A DNA stretch of 64,000 bases from an uncultured Candidatus Saccharibacteria bacterium (GCA_964565685.1 CAZMFR010000001.1:36376-100375); one strand, 5' to 3'. Positions 1 to 9,094 are shown, numbered from the stretch's first letter. Program-made: numbers and translations. The notes: generated by a model not told the origin, from the sequence alone.

Positions 1-13
1 TTAACCTGATTAT

Positions 14-823
14 ATGAAAGAATACATCTTCCAACCAACGGGCATTTATTACCGGATAAACGAATTCCAAATACATCGCAGAACAATAATCTTCATCCAT
101 GGCTTGTCCGGTTGTTCTTCAGCATGGGAGCCATATGAAAGAGAATTCATGGACAAATACAACTTGCTCTGCATTGATCTAAGGGGGCATGGCTGCTCAC
201 GGAAATATCCGGAGGAAAAAGACTATATTGTGGAGCTCTTTGTCAAAGACATAGAGAGGATGGTCGCTCACCTTCAAATCAAAGAATTCATAGTTGTAAG
301 CCATTCATTCGGGAGCATTGTTTCCACCGGTCTCATAAAAAATAACCCGTCAAAAATAAAAGGCGCGGTATTCCTAGCGCCCGTTTTCGAGCCAAAACAT
401 TCCGTCCGCACAGAGACCACGCTCTTCCTGTCGGGGGTCATATCCTCTCTTGCCAAGATATTTCCGATATCGACAAAACCAGGCAAGCGCATTGATTACT
501 CTCGTTTCCTCCCCACAAGCGACTGGGACATGCAAAGGATATGGTTCGACATCGGCAATACCGGCGTTGCAATATACCTATTTTGCCTCAATACGCTCTA
601 TCGCTCGATGGATGATAATTTTTATAATAGACTGGATCTGCCCGTCATGATCATCCACGGCAAACGCGATTCGTACGTTTCTGTCGAGCATTCGATGCAA
701 GCGGCGAAAAAGATACCCGGAGCAAAGTTCGTCTCGCTTCCGAACGCTGATCACATGCTGATATTCAATTATCCGCAGGAAATCTCGAAAACAATGGCAA
801 TATTTTTTGACTCATTCTATTGA
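14..823 (+). CDS. alpha/beta-fold hydrolase
   Basis: 269-aa ORF with HG oxyanion motif (FIHGLSG), nucleophile elbow GxSxG (SHSFGS) and a C-terminal His (ADHML). Confidence 0.7.
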   Translation: MKEYIFQPTGIYYRINEFQIHRRTIIFIHGLSGCSSAWEPYEREFMDKYNLLCIDLRGHGCSRKYPEEKDYIVELFVKDIERMVAHLQIKEFIVVSHSFGSIVSTGLIKNNPSKIKGAVFLAPVFEPKHSVRTETTLFLSGVISSLAKIFPISTKPGKRIDYSRFLPTSDWDMQRIWFDIGNTGVAIYLFCLNTLYRSMDDNFYNRLDLPVMIIHGKRDSYVSVEHSMQAAKKIPGAKFVSLPNADHMLIFNYPQEISKTMAIFFDSFY

Positions 824-1522
824 CAGCTTTTTGCTGCTTGAAAAAATAACCTTGATGAAATTGAAGAGATATTTTATTTGGATCTTCATAAAACCCTCTC
901 TCTTGAACCGCCTCGCGGAAGTCGGTATGATCAGATTTGGGTCAAACACGACTCTGCCTAATTTAGAAAGATTTTTTGCTGTATCAGTATCATCGCCATA
1001 AAAAATGAATCTCGTATCAAACCCGCCGACAGCATTTATTGAAACAGCGCGCATGAAGCTGTTCCCCCCTATCATGACTGCGCCGATCCGGAATAATTGC
1101 AGGATAGAATTTGTCAGGCGATATATATATTTTTGAAAATAGAGAGAAAGATATCTGGAAAAACTGCCTCCGTCGAAATAATCGTATGGACCAGTCACAG
1201 CCACTGTTTTCTCGTCCAAAAAATGTACAGCCCCCATAGACAGCCAGTCTCTGTGAGGCACGCAATCAGCATCCATCCTCACTATTATCTCTCCATTGGC
1301 CTCTTTTAGTCCCCTTTCGCAAGCCCACATTGTTCCCCTTCGGCTTTCATGCAGGACTTTGACTTTTGCAAACGATCCTGCAATCTCCGAAGTCCGATCC
1401 GTGCTCCCATTGTCGACGACGATGACTTCAAAATCAGGATGATCTTGCGCCAAAATGGCTTCGAGGGTCTTGTCCAAATATTTTTCTTCATTAAAAGCCG
1501 GGATTATTACGGAAATTTTCAT
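812..1522 (-). CDS. family 2 glycosyltransferase
   Basis: N-terminus ISVIIPAFNEEKYLDKTLEAILAQ...VIVVDNGSTDRT is a typical GT2 signature. The DAD-like motif (RMDADC) is present. The 3' end overlaps the convergent hydrolase by 12 bp. Confidence 0.75.
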   Translation of the reverse strand: MKISVIIPAFNEEKYLDKTLEAILAQDHPDFEVIVVDNGSTDRTSEIAGSFAKVKVLHESRRGTMWACERGLKEANGEIIVRMDADCVPHRDWLSMGAVHFLDEKTVAVTGPYDYFDGGSFSRYLSLYFQKYIYRLTNSILQLFRIGAVMIGGNSFMRAVSINAVGGFDTRFIFYGDDTDTAKNLSKLGRVVFDPNLIIPTSARRFKREGFMKIQIKYLFNFIKVIFSSSKKLSIE

Positions 1523-2130
1523 TTGTTTAGATAATTAGTGATAAAACGCTTGCCTAAATATTTGCCGAGGCCGAACATCAGCAAAAAAACTATCCCCGAC
1601 ATCGCTATAATCGACAATAGATCCAATTTTGCGCCTACGGCAGTATACAGGTTACCCAATCCAAAGCCAATCAAGAGCAAGCCGCCCGTCCAAAATATCT
1701 GACCAAAGCCATTTAGCGCCATATATCGGCGAAAAGGCACTTTTGAAAGGCCTGCAGTGAATAGAACGACTGGAGCAAAGCCGAGACCTGTGGTGAGTTT
1801 TGATACGAATAATATGGAATCATGATATTTGCTGAACACTTTTTGCACCGTCTCTACTTTTTTTATATTTATACTGAAATATCTTCCAAAACGGTTGATG
1901 AAAGAATAGCCCCAACGGCGACCGAGGAAATACCAAATGACATCGCCAGAAAGATCGCCTGTCATTACGCATAGATATGCCGGAATAAAATAAAGCGCTC
2001 CGGCCTTCAACAGAAAGCCGCAAATCAGAGATATTATAGGACCTTCCACCAAAGTCAAGATGAATATGAGACCATACACGAGCACGTCGTGATTCGTGGC
2101 TATAGAGATTATCCACAAAATAGGATCCAT
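1519..2130 (-). CDS. DedA/SNARE-associated (TVP38/TMEM64) family membrane protein
   Basis: Polytopic membrane ORF with a DedA-like core (LVEGPIISLICGFLLKAG...GDLSGDVIWYFLGRRWG). The start is uncertain: the ORF extends to 2235, and an internal Met at 2130 is chosen. Confidence 0.55.
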   Translation of the reverse strand: MDPILWIISIATNHDVLVYGLIFILTLVEGPIISLICGFLLKAGALYFIPAYLCVMTGDLSGDVIWYFLGRRWGYSFINRFGRYFSINIKKVETVQKVFSKYHDSILFVSKLTTGLGFAPVVLFTAGLSKVPFRRYMALNGFGQIFWTGGLLLIGFGLGNLYTAVGAKLDLLSIIAMSGIVFLLMFGLGKYLGKRFITNYLNK

Positions 2131-2335
2131 GGTCATCATTCTACACCAAATCATCCACAAAACCAGGCAAATGCAGATTCGCACTAGGTACAATCCACGA
2201 CAAAATCGGCAAGCTGATGCCGATCTTGCAGTCAATCATATAAAGTTTTTAAAGTCATAAAGCCCGTAAATCCTACACAAATATTCTTGCGCCTGCTTTA
2301 CGAACCTTACAGACTTTTGACCTTATGGATTATCT

Positions 2336-2845
2336 CTATCTCGTCACCGAAATAATCGCGTCATTGGGCAGTATTTCTCCATCGCCGAAAATAGTTATAT
2401 GACCGCCAGTGTCTTTTGATACAAAATACCCTGTGTGATAACTTGACGTGCTCGTATATGAACCGTTCGTCGGATCATATGGCATTGACGATATATAATC
2501 TGGCACAAGACATGGTCCAAGATCGCCACCGTTGTTATTACCGCTCGAGATATCCGTAGTATTAGGATTAGGGCCATCGATAACATATGCACTGCCATTA
2601 CAGGTGAATACACCCTTGTGCTCGGCAATATTTTGATCGATCGCATCCAATATGGTAGCTACATTGGCTGAACGCTGGGTATCGCGCGCCAAAGCGAATT
2701 GATGGGCAGGATTTACGGCGACTATGACTACAGCCGCCAATATGGCGATGATGCCGATGACCACTAGCAATTCGATCAAGGTAAAGCCGTTGGTAAATGA
2801 CCTATATTGACGCCTACAAACAATGACAAAATGTTTCTCTTTCAT
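2336..2845 (-). CDS. type IV pilin / pseudopilin-like protein (prepilin-type N-terminal cleavage/methylation domain)
   Basis: N-terminus ...GFTLIELLVVIGIIAILAAVV matches the class III signal peptide G/FTLIE followed by a hydrophobic helix. 169 aa. Confidence 0.7.
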   Translation of the reverse strand: MKEKHFVIVCRRQYRSFTNGFTLIELLVVIGIIAILAAVVIVAVNPAHQFALARDTQRSANVATILDAIDQNIAEHKGVFTCNGSAYVIDGPNPNTTDISSGNNNGGDLGPCLVPDYISSMPYDPTNGSYTSTSSYHTGYFVSKDTGGHITIFGDGEILPNDAIISVTR

Positions 2846-3039
2846 ATTGTTTAAATATTAAAGCCGAAAGAATTCCGTAGAATCATAAAATCTCGAGATC
2901 AAAAGGGTGGATCCATGATGTAGAATTTATGATCCAAGAAAAAACGTATCCCGCATTTTTCTTGGATCTTTGATCTTAGATCCTGCCTTTGTATCCTCTG
3001 ACTTTAAAAAACGACGAATCTCCGGCCTTTGCTATTAAT

Positions 3040-3122
3040 GCGATAATTATAGAGAAAGGTTATTAAGAAAAGTTAAAAAAGTTCTAAAGAAAAGTTAAAA
3101 TCATACTAGACCTCGCGAGGTC
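3040..3122 (-). promoter_or_regulatory. Conserved AT-rich promoter-associated repeat, copy 1 (oriented toward the pilin gene at 2845), plus the adjacent palindrome GACCTCGCGAGGTC
   Basis: Read on the minus strand: GATTTTAACTTTTCTTTAGAACTTTTTTAACTTTTCTTAATAA, then 8 nt, then TATAAT (plus coordinates 3046-3051). This is a near-exact reverse complement of the copy at 31380-31422. The 14-bp perfect palindrome lies at 3109-3122. Confidence 0.55.
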
Positions 3123-3123
3123 A

Positions 3124-3762
3124 TTATGAGCTTATCCGCGTCTTTTCACCTTCATCCAAGTTGTGTCCAGTTATAAACCAAGTCTTCGGAGTCTCTATTA
3201 TTTTGCCTTCTTCGTCAACAATAGGCGTTTCCAGCATTTTACGGTTTGATTCGGACAATTCCGCAAATTCTTTTGTGCTTACAAAGCCCTTGAATGTTAT
3301 ATAACGTCCCGCCTTATCCTGAGAGACAGTCTCAAAGTCAACTTTTGGATCGCCCTCAATCTCTGCCAGCTTGTCGCACAATTTCCTGTAAAGAGTTATA
3401 TGATCTATCCTGCCTTCCCCGTAAAGAGCTTCCTTTGTCAGAGCATCTATCAGAACAAAAAATGCCCTCAATGCGCGCTGTTCGACGATATTGATATTGC
3501 TCGATTTTCCGTACAGATATACATGCTCTTCATCAAATGGAACGCCGAAAGACTCACAGACGTCCCTGCGCACGTCCTCGAACTCTTTTATCTCGGCACG
3601 AGCGTCAACCATACGCTTTTCATGGAGCTCTTTGTGAAGAACGGCATTTGGTTCGATAGATCTGACTTGTTTTTCCAAATGGTTTATTATCTTTAAAATC
3701 CCCTCATGATAATGGGTATTTTCATTTACTGGCGCCTGTTCGATTGAGAATTCTTTTGACAT
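3124..3762 (-). CDS. hypothetical protein
   Basis: 212-aa ORF with coding-like composition and no recognisable motif. It lies inside the pilus/ATPase gene cluster. Confidence 0.5.
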   Translation of the reverse strand: MSKEFSIEQAPVNENTHYHEGILKIINHLEKQVRSIEPNAVLHKELHEKRMVDARAEIKEFEDVRRDVCESFGVPFDEEHVYLYGKSSNINIVEQRALRAFFVLIDALTKEALYGEGRIDHITLYRKLCDKLAEIEGDPKVDFETVSQDKAGRYITFKGFVSTKEFAELSESNRKMLETPIVDEEGKIIETPKTWFITGHNLDEGEKTRISS

Positions 3763-3830
3763 GCAACAATCGTATCATATTTCTGCTTTATAGAGAAACA
3801 GGCGGTTTTTGTCCGAGATCCGATCTTGGA

Positions 3831-4055
3831 TTAATGATAATCCATCTTTCCGTTCAAAACCCTGTTCGCTTCCTCTAACGCCTCGTCAGGAGTCATCTCA
3901 TTCTTGTCCATACTCATTAGTATCTCATTGAGCAGGCCGAATTCGCTGTCGTTCGCGCCCATTACGGCCACTCTCTGGCGCACTTCTTCAATGCGCATGC
4001 GCGCTTCGTTTTTGGACATTGATGGTGTTTCAGTTTGATTCAAAAAGCGTTCCAT
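3831..4055 (-). CDS. hypothetical small protein
   Basis: 74-aa acidic ORF immediately downstream of the 924-aa ATPase on the same strand, 3 bp apart. Confidence 0.4.
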   Translation of the reverse strand: MERFLNQTETPSMSKNEARMRIEEVRQRVAVMGANDSEFGLLNEILMSMDKNEMTPDEALEEANRVLNGKMDYH

Positions 4056-4057
4056 AG

Positions 4058-6832
4058 TTATTTCCTATACTTCTCCGCAATCTGCGCCTCGATCTCTGCG
4101 CGATCCTTGCCATAAGTCAGATATGACAGCTCTTTCAGCTTGCCCGCGACATCCGCATCGCCTTTGGGGATATTCGGAACGGCGATGTTGAACGGTTTGA
4201 CGGGAACGCCTTTGGCCAAAAGTTTGACGTAACAGTTGTAATTGTCGATATTCAAAATGTCTTTTTGGGTAAAAGCCGGTTCGAATTGTTTTGCCAGAAA
4301 TTCGGCATCCTCGACTCCGACACGATAGACTGCCATAGAGCCGACATTGCCGAAGACGGCGTTCTTGATCTTTTCATCGAGCTGTTTGATGAATTGATGG
4401 GCGATGTTTAGCGACAGCTTGTATTTGCGCGCTTCGGACAGGATAGTGGCAATAGAATCAGTGGTTATATTCTGGAATTCGTCGATATACAGATAAAATG
4501 GCGGCAGGTTTTTGCCGAGCGAGTCGACGCGCGACAGAGCCGACATCAGGATCTTGCCGACAATGATCAGACCTATAAGATTGGCGTTTATGTCGCCGAG
4601 CCGGCCTTTTGATAGATTGACAAGCAAAATCTTCTTGTTATCCATTATGTCGCGAATATTGAATGTAGATTTTTCCTGTGCGATTACAGGACGCATGATG
4701 TCGTTGGCCAAGAAATTATCGAACTTTGACACGATATATGGAACGATATTAGCCAGAGATGCTTCGCCTCCGGCTTTGTCGGCTACTTCGCGCCAGAATT
4801 GGATTACGAGAGGGTTTTTACAAGTTGCCAGCTTGGACTCGCGGAATTGCTTGTTCGAGAGCACGCGCGAGACGTCGACCAGGGTGTTGTTCGATGACGG
4901 GTCGTCTATGGTAAGGAGGACCGCGTTGCGGAAATATTGTTCGAACATCGGGCCGCCGGCAGTTTTCATGTCGAAGAGCTTGTTAAAGATAGAGAGCATC
5001 TCATTGACCACAAATGTTTTCTGCTCCGGATAGCGCGTATCATATTCGAGCATGTTCAGAGCCATCGGTCGCGCCGTGTACGCCGGGTCGAAATAAATGA
5101 CGTCTTCAAAACGATCTTGTGGGACCAGGGCAAGTATATCTTCGACGTCAGAGCCATGCGGATCGATGAAGCAAAGGCCGTTCCCTTTTTGCATATCCTG
5201 AACGATCATATCCTTTAGCAAAGTCGTCTTGCCTGTGCCTGTCTGTCCGATGACATAAAAATGGCGCAGACGGTCATCGTCAGTCGTATAAACTTTTGTC
5301 TCTCGTCCGCGATCCGTATTGGTGCCGAGAAATGTCCCCATCTGCGGCAAATCCATAGGCGCAGGAGCCGTACCGGATTTCGTCAGCTTGACCTGAGAGG
5401 TCGAAACCTTGCCCGCTACCGGCAAATGCATGACTGTCGTGAGCTCACGCAAAGAAAGCGGGCAATCGCAGCTGTCATCGAATCTGCGATAGGTGAAGTC
5501 GTCTAGTTCTTTTTCCAACTTGCCTCTCGTCACACGAACGAATTCAAAGCAGTTCCCTTGGATATTTTCGAATTGGTTAAAGGAGGCCTCCAGATCAGAC
5601 AGAATGGCATTAGCTTTTGCTTCGCTTTCTGCAGAAGCGATGATACGGATATTTGTCGAGAGCACCGGCGACAAGAGCTTGTTTTGAATCTCCTTCATGC
5701 CGAGCTCGTCTTCAGGCCGATGGCCTTTCTGCGCCTTCTTCTCTTCTTTTTTCTTTTCCTTTTCCTCTTTGCTCGTCGTGACGCTTTCAAGCGCGCTTAC
5801 AAACCCAGAAGCAAAACCCTTTAGCGCTTTGTGTCCAAGAGAATACGCGATATCGATCGCCTCTGACAATTTTTCGCCCTTTTGGATCTTCTCTAATGCC
5901 TTCTTGTATTTTCCGGTATAGAAATCACCGACAGGACTAAAGACGATCTGGATCGACGCGCCTTCGCCATCGCGGTCTATCTTTGAAAAGCTGTTCAGAA
6001 GAGAATTGATCGGATCATGGTCGAACTGCTCGTATGTCTTTATCGGGAAGATATGATTCTTTTTTTGTTTGGCGCGAGACGCTACGGAGGCGCCGTTCTC
6101 ATTGAAGATATTGTAGTCGTTCTTGCATTCGTTCACTTTTGCATCTGGCAATATTGAAAGGATCTGCTTTTCAAATAGATTGCGTTTTTCATCCGGCACT
6201 GCGGCATAGAAAACAAAGTCGTCGCTGTGATTCGCTACTGCTATCTCGAAGACAAATCTGTTTTTACCGTCATCGCCTCCAGCACACATGCCTGCATAGA
6301 ATTGCTCCATCGACGAGAGGATCTCCTTCAACGGCTTTTGGGGATTGTCTTTCTTTTCATTTTCCGGCACCAGTATCTCGAATAGAGACATGTTCAGTTC
6401 CCTCCAAAGCGGGCTCTTCTCCTTTAATCCGCCGATGACAAAACCGGATTTCAGATATTGCACGAGCAGACGATGAAAGTCGGCAGAGATGTGCGGATTG
6501 TCCATTTTATCCACGATTGAAAGGGTGGCGTGTATGCCTTTTGTCTCGAGCATGCCGAGAAGCTCGTTCATCTTTGCATCATGCTGTTCCGGCGCGAGAT
6601 CTAGGACGATGGCCTCCATTTCCTGAGTAGGCACTATATATTTTTCCGCTAGCACTTCGCCCGGCTTTTTCTCGGCATATTTCAACACCTCCTCGCGCGC
6701 AACATGCTCGACAGACGCATCTGGAGTCCTTTCGAGGATCTCTTTCTCCTTTTTCGCGATCATCTCGCGCAGATACGATATCTCCTCTTGCGGATTCTGG
6801 AATTTTTCTGGCTGACCAATTAGATTCTCCAT
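4058..6832 (-). CDS. VirD4/TraG/TrwB-like (type IV secretion coupling-protein-like) P-loop ATPase with a large N-terminal domain
   Basis: C-terminal half carries Walker A (VIGQTGTGKTTLL), a DPHG motif (CFIDPHGSD), Walker B (LYIDEFQNI) and an HQ motif (NIAHQF). This set is characteristic of TraG/TraD/VirD4-type ATPases. HerA/FtsK-like is an alternative. The roughly 450-aa N-terminal domain has no TM segment. A K/E-rich low-complexity linker (EEKEKKKEEKKAQK) separates the two halves. Confidence 0.6.
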   Translation of the reverse strand: MENLIGQPEKFQNPQEEISYLREMIAKKEKEILERTPDASVEHVAREEVLKYAEKKPGEVLAEKYIVPTQEMEAIVLDLAPEQHDAKMNELLGMLETKGIHATLSIVDKMDNPHISADFHRLLVQYLKSGFVIGGLKEKSPLWRELNMSLFEILVPENEKKDNPQKPLKEILSSMEQFYAGMCAGGDDGKNRFVFEIAVANHSDDFVFYAAVPDEKRNLFEKQILSILPDAKVNECKNDYNIFNENGASVASRAKQKKNHIFPIKTYEQFDHDPINSLLNSFSKIDRDGEGASIQIVFSPVGDFYTGKYKKALEKIQKGEKLSEAIDIAYSLGHKALKGFASGFVSALESVTTSKEEKEKKKEEKKAQKGHRPEDELGMKEIQNKLLSPVLSTNIRIIASAESEAKANAILSDLEASFNQFENIQGNCFEFVRVTRGKLEKELDDFTYRRFDDSCDCPLSLRELTTVMHLPVAGKVSTSQVKLTKSGTAPAPMDLPQMGTFLGTNTDRGRETKVYTTDDDRLRHFYVIGQTGTGKTTLLKDMIVQDMQKGNGLCFIDPHGSDVEDILALVPQDRFEDVIYFDPAYTARPMALNMLEYDTRYPEQKTFVVNEMLSIFNKLFDMKTAGGPMFEQYFRNAVLLTIDDPSSNNTLVDVSRVLSNKQFRESKLATCKNPLVIQFWREVADKAGGEASLANIVPYIVSKFDNFLANDIMRPVIAQEKSTFNIRDIMDNKKILLVNLSKGRLGDINANLIGLIIVGKILMSALSRVDSLGKNLPPFYLYIDEFQNITTDSIATILSEARKYKLSLNIAHQFIKQLDEKIKNAVFGNVGSMAVYRVGVEDAEFLAKQFEPAFTQKDILNIDNYNCYVKLLAKGVPVKPFNIAVPNIPKGDADVAGKLKELSYLTYGKDRAEIEAQIAEKYRK

Positions 6833-7062
6833 GAGGATATTATAACAGAAATATTAATAATTATTTCAAGTCGTAAAGGACGGGAGGTGCATCCTTGTCA
6901 TACACGGGTATACATATATACGTTCCTGACGTGACCATGCGAAACACTATCTATTTCATGTGCGATAACAGAAGATTTCAAAGAGGTCCGGCAGTGGATA
7001 TATTTTATCGACATTTTCCTCCTTTAAGTGCGATTCTTTGAAATCTTTTTTGTATTCTTTAT

Positions 7063-7500
7063 TCATAAATTTTCCTCCGTCACCAGATCAATCGACCTGC
7101 CATTATCAATCGCTGTTGCGGAGACATGCTCCGTGACGTCGTCTTCATAACCAGACGCGGAAATAAAGATACTTTGGCCGCTTCGGCCGGCGGAAATGAT
7201 GGTGCAAGAAAAATCCGGCACGCTCTGATTTTTGGCAGCGTAAAAATAATCGTGGGCAAAAGCTAGAATGGCGACCGACACGCAAGATTTTGCGTTCAGA
7301 GTCGCCTGCATCCGATGCTCGCGGCGAGATACTGTGTCTTCGTAGCTTGAAGCCGCGCTAAAAGCGCCGAGGGAACCGAGCAGAATCATGATCATGACAG
7401 ACATGACGAGAAAGACGGCGACAAAGCCGCCAGAAGAAAAGATCGAAATATTATTCGTATCTTTCTTTTTTTCATTTTTAAAAATTATTCTCATACGCAT
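7063..7500 (-). CDS. putative pseudopilin-like membrane protein
   Basis: Hydrophobic N-terminal helix (GGFVAVFLVMSVMIMILLGSLGAF) follows a basic leader. The gene sits in the pilin operon. It overlaps the upstream gene by 23 bp, so the start is uncertain. Confidence 0.4.
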   Translation of the reverse strand: MRMRIIFKNEKKKDTNNISIFSSGGFVAVFLVMSVMIMILLGSLGAFSAASSYEDTVSRREHRMQATLNAKSCVSVAILAFAHDYFYAAKNQSVPDFSCTIISAGRSGQSIFISASGYEDDVTEHVSATAIDNGRSIDLVTEENL

Positions 7501-7687
7501 TTATTACGTCATCGGCAGTCGTTCGATTTTCAATGGCCGATGAATATGACAAAGGGATCAAGACTGTAACGATCATGGAAAAGATAGCCAAATATATTAT
7601 CACTTCGATCAGAGTGAAGCTGGAATGGATATCATCACCTTTTCGGCCAGACACGAAATTTTTCATTTTGATTTTTAATGTTTTCAT
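7478..7687 (-). CDS. prepilin-type N-terminal domain small protein (minor pilin-like)
   Basis: Contains SSFTLIEVIIYLAIFSMIVTVL, a prepilin cleavage/methylation motif with the hydrophobic helix. 69 aa. Confidence 0.55.
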   Translation of the reverse strand: MKTLKIKMKNFVSGRKGDDIHSSFTLIEVIIYLAIFSMIVTVLIPLSYSSAIENRTTADDVINAYENNF

Positions 7688-7693
7688 TTTCTA

Positions 7694-9094
7694 TTATTCG
7701 TGAAAATCTTTGATCGAAGCAATAGATGGACTATCGTTCGACGAGTTGTTGCTAACCACATAGATATCCCCCCAGTCGCATGACATGGCTGCAGGGACTC
7801 CTAGAATGCTATAAGCCGCGCTCGTCGTGCCGAGTCCGTCGTCAGAGCGGAATTGACCGCTTGTCCGATGGGTCAAGACGAGAAAAACTGGAGAACGAGA
7901 AATGACGCCATAGATGCCGCCCGGCTCATCGAACGAACTTCGCTCTGTAATGGCGACGTTTGAAACCATATCCGAAGCGTCATAAAGTATAAATTCTGGA
8001 TTTGCCGTATTGTTATAGCCGCCAGTATCGCGGCCGAGGATTAGCTCCCCTTCGAATAGATCGAGCGTTCGACCGCTTTGCGTTTGCCAACCAGATGGAG
8101 CCAAGGTTTCAAGAAGAACTGAATCTGTTGGATCTGAAACATCAAAGATCATGAGTTGATTGGCGCCAGTGCCGGCAACATATGCCCGCGTGCCATCGAC
8201 GAAGATCTTCTCCACCTTGTTCCCTATTTCATATCTGCCTGCCAATATCGGATGCGCAGGATCCGCCACATTCCAGACGGTAAATTCCGGGCTATCGCCT
8301 TTTTCCGTGCCGAGGTAGACAAAACCTTTGTCATAAAATATCGCCGAACCGTTTGGCGCCGTCGACGAGGCGATATCCATGGGCACTTTTGCCTGTGAAA
8401 TAATCATGGGATGCGAACGATCATGGATATCTATTATTTGGAGCTGGTCGATCGAACCTTTGTTTGACGCAAAAATATAAGGTCCGGCGACAGTCAAAGC
8501 GGCTAGGCCAGGGCCTGTATTCAAAGAAGAAACAAATTTTGGATCTGCCGCATCGTTCATGTCAAAAATGAATAGATCTGGATCGGTGGAACTGCTCGAA
8601 TCTGTCGAGATATAGGCAAAGCCGTCCTTGACCGAAAGGTCAGTGACCGAATTTGAAGGAGAGATCGGAAGAGCGGCGCTCGTCGACGAATAAGTATTAT
8701 TTGAAAAGCTTAAGGTCGGCGGGCACGTATCCTTGCCATAAGCCGAGAACGTATCTGGTTCAAGAATATTAAAAGAAATCGAAGAACTTCCAAACACGCT
8801 CGATGAAGCAGAGGTCGAAAGCACGGAAGATGTTGAAGCAGAAAAAGTAGCGATATCAGCATCGTTTCCGTAATCGGCATGAGCGAATTGCGGATCGAAA
8901 TTTGACAGATCAGCGACCGAGAGCGCGGCTTGATCCAAAAGTGTTTCTTTGTCTCGCGCTTCTTCGAACATCCTCCTCGAACCGAACGAAAGAGCTATGG
9001 TAGAAAAGATGCATATAGAAAACAAGGCGAGCGCGATTATCGCTTCGAGGATGAGAAAGCCCGGACATGAGCTGTTTTTTGTATAATTTTTCAT
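7694..9094 (-). CDS. pilin-like protein with C-terminal LVIVD-type beta-propeller repeats (candidate pilus-tip adhesin)
   Basis: N-terminus ...CPGFLILEAIIALALFSICIF is a prepilin-like motif. Downstream are repeated segments such as GFAYISTD...DPDLFIFDMNDAADP, GFVYLGTEKGD...WNVADPAHP and GTRAYVAGTGANQLMIFDVSDP, which resemble LVIVD repeats. The start is set at the internal Met at 9094; the ORF extends to 9184. Confidence 0.55.
   Translation of the reverse strand: MKNYTKNSSCPGFLILEAIIALALFSICIFSTIALSFGSRRMFEEARDKETLLDQAALSVADLSNFDPQFAHADYGNDADIATFSASTSSVLSTSASSSVFGSSSISFNILEPDTFSAYGKDTCPPTLSFSNNTYSSTSAALPISPSNSVTDLSVKDGFAYISTDSSSSTDPDLFIFDMNDAADPKFVSSLNTGPGLAALTVAGPYIFASNKGSIDQLQIIDIHDRSHPMIISQAKVPMDIASSTAPNGSAIFYDKGFVYLGTEKGDSPEFTVWNVADPAHPILAGRYEIGNKVEKIFVDGTRAYVAGTGANQLMIFDVSDPTDSVLLETLAPSGWQTQSGRTLDLFEGELILGRDTGGYNNTANPEFILYDASDMVSNVAITERSSFDEPGGIYGVISRSPVFLVLTHRTSGQFRSDDGLGTTSAAYSILGVPAAMSCDWGDIYVVSNNSSNDSPSIASIKDFHE

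Noticed and set aside
812-823. 12-bp overlap of convergent hydrolase and GT2 genes as a regulatory feature
   Set aside because: Short convergent overlaps are common in compact genomes. The hydrolase stop could also be read slightly differently. Nothing beyond compactness is indicated.
4512-6438. Several plus-strand ORFs of 64-173 aa inside the 924-aa ATPase gene
   Set aside because: They lie entirely antisense to a long ORF with strong motifs and have low-complexity or odd composition. They are six-frame artefacts.
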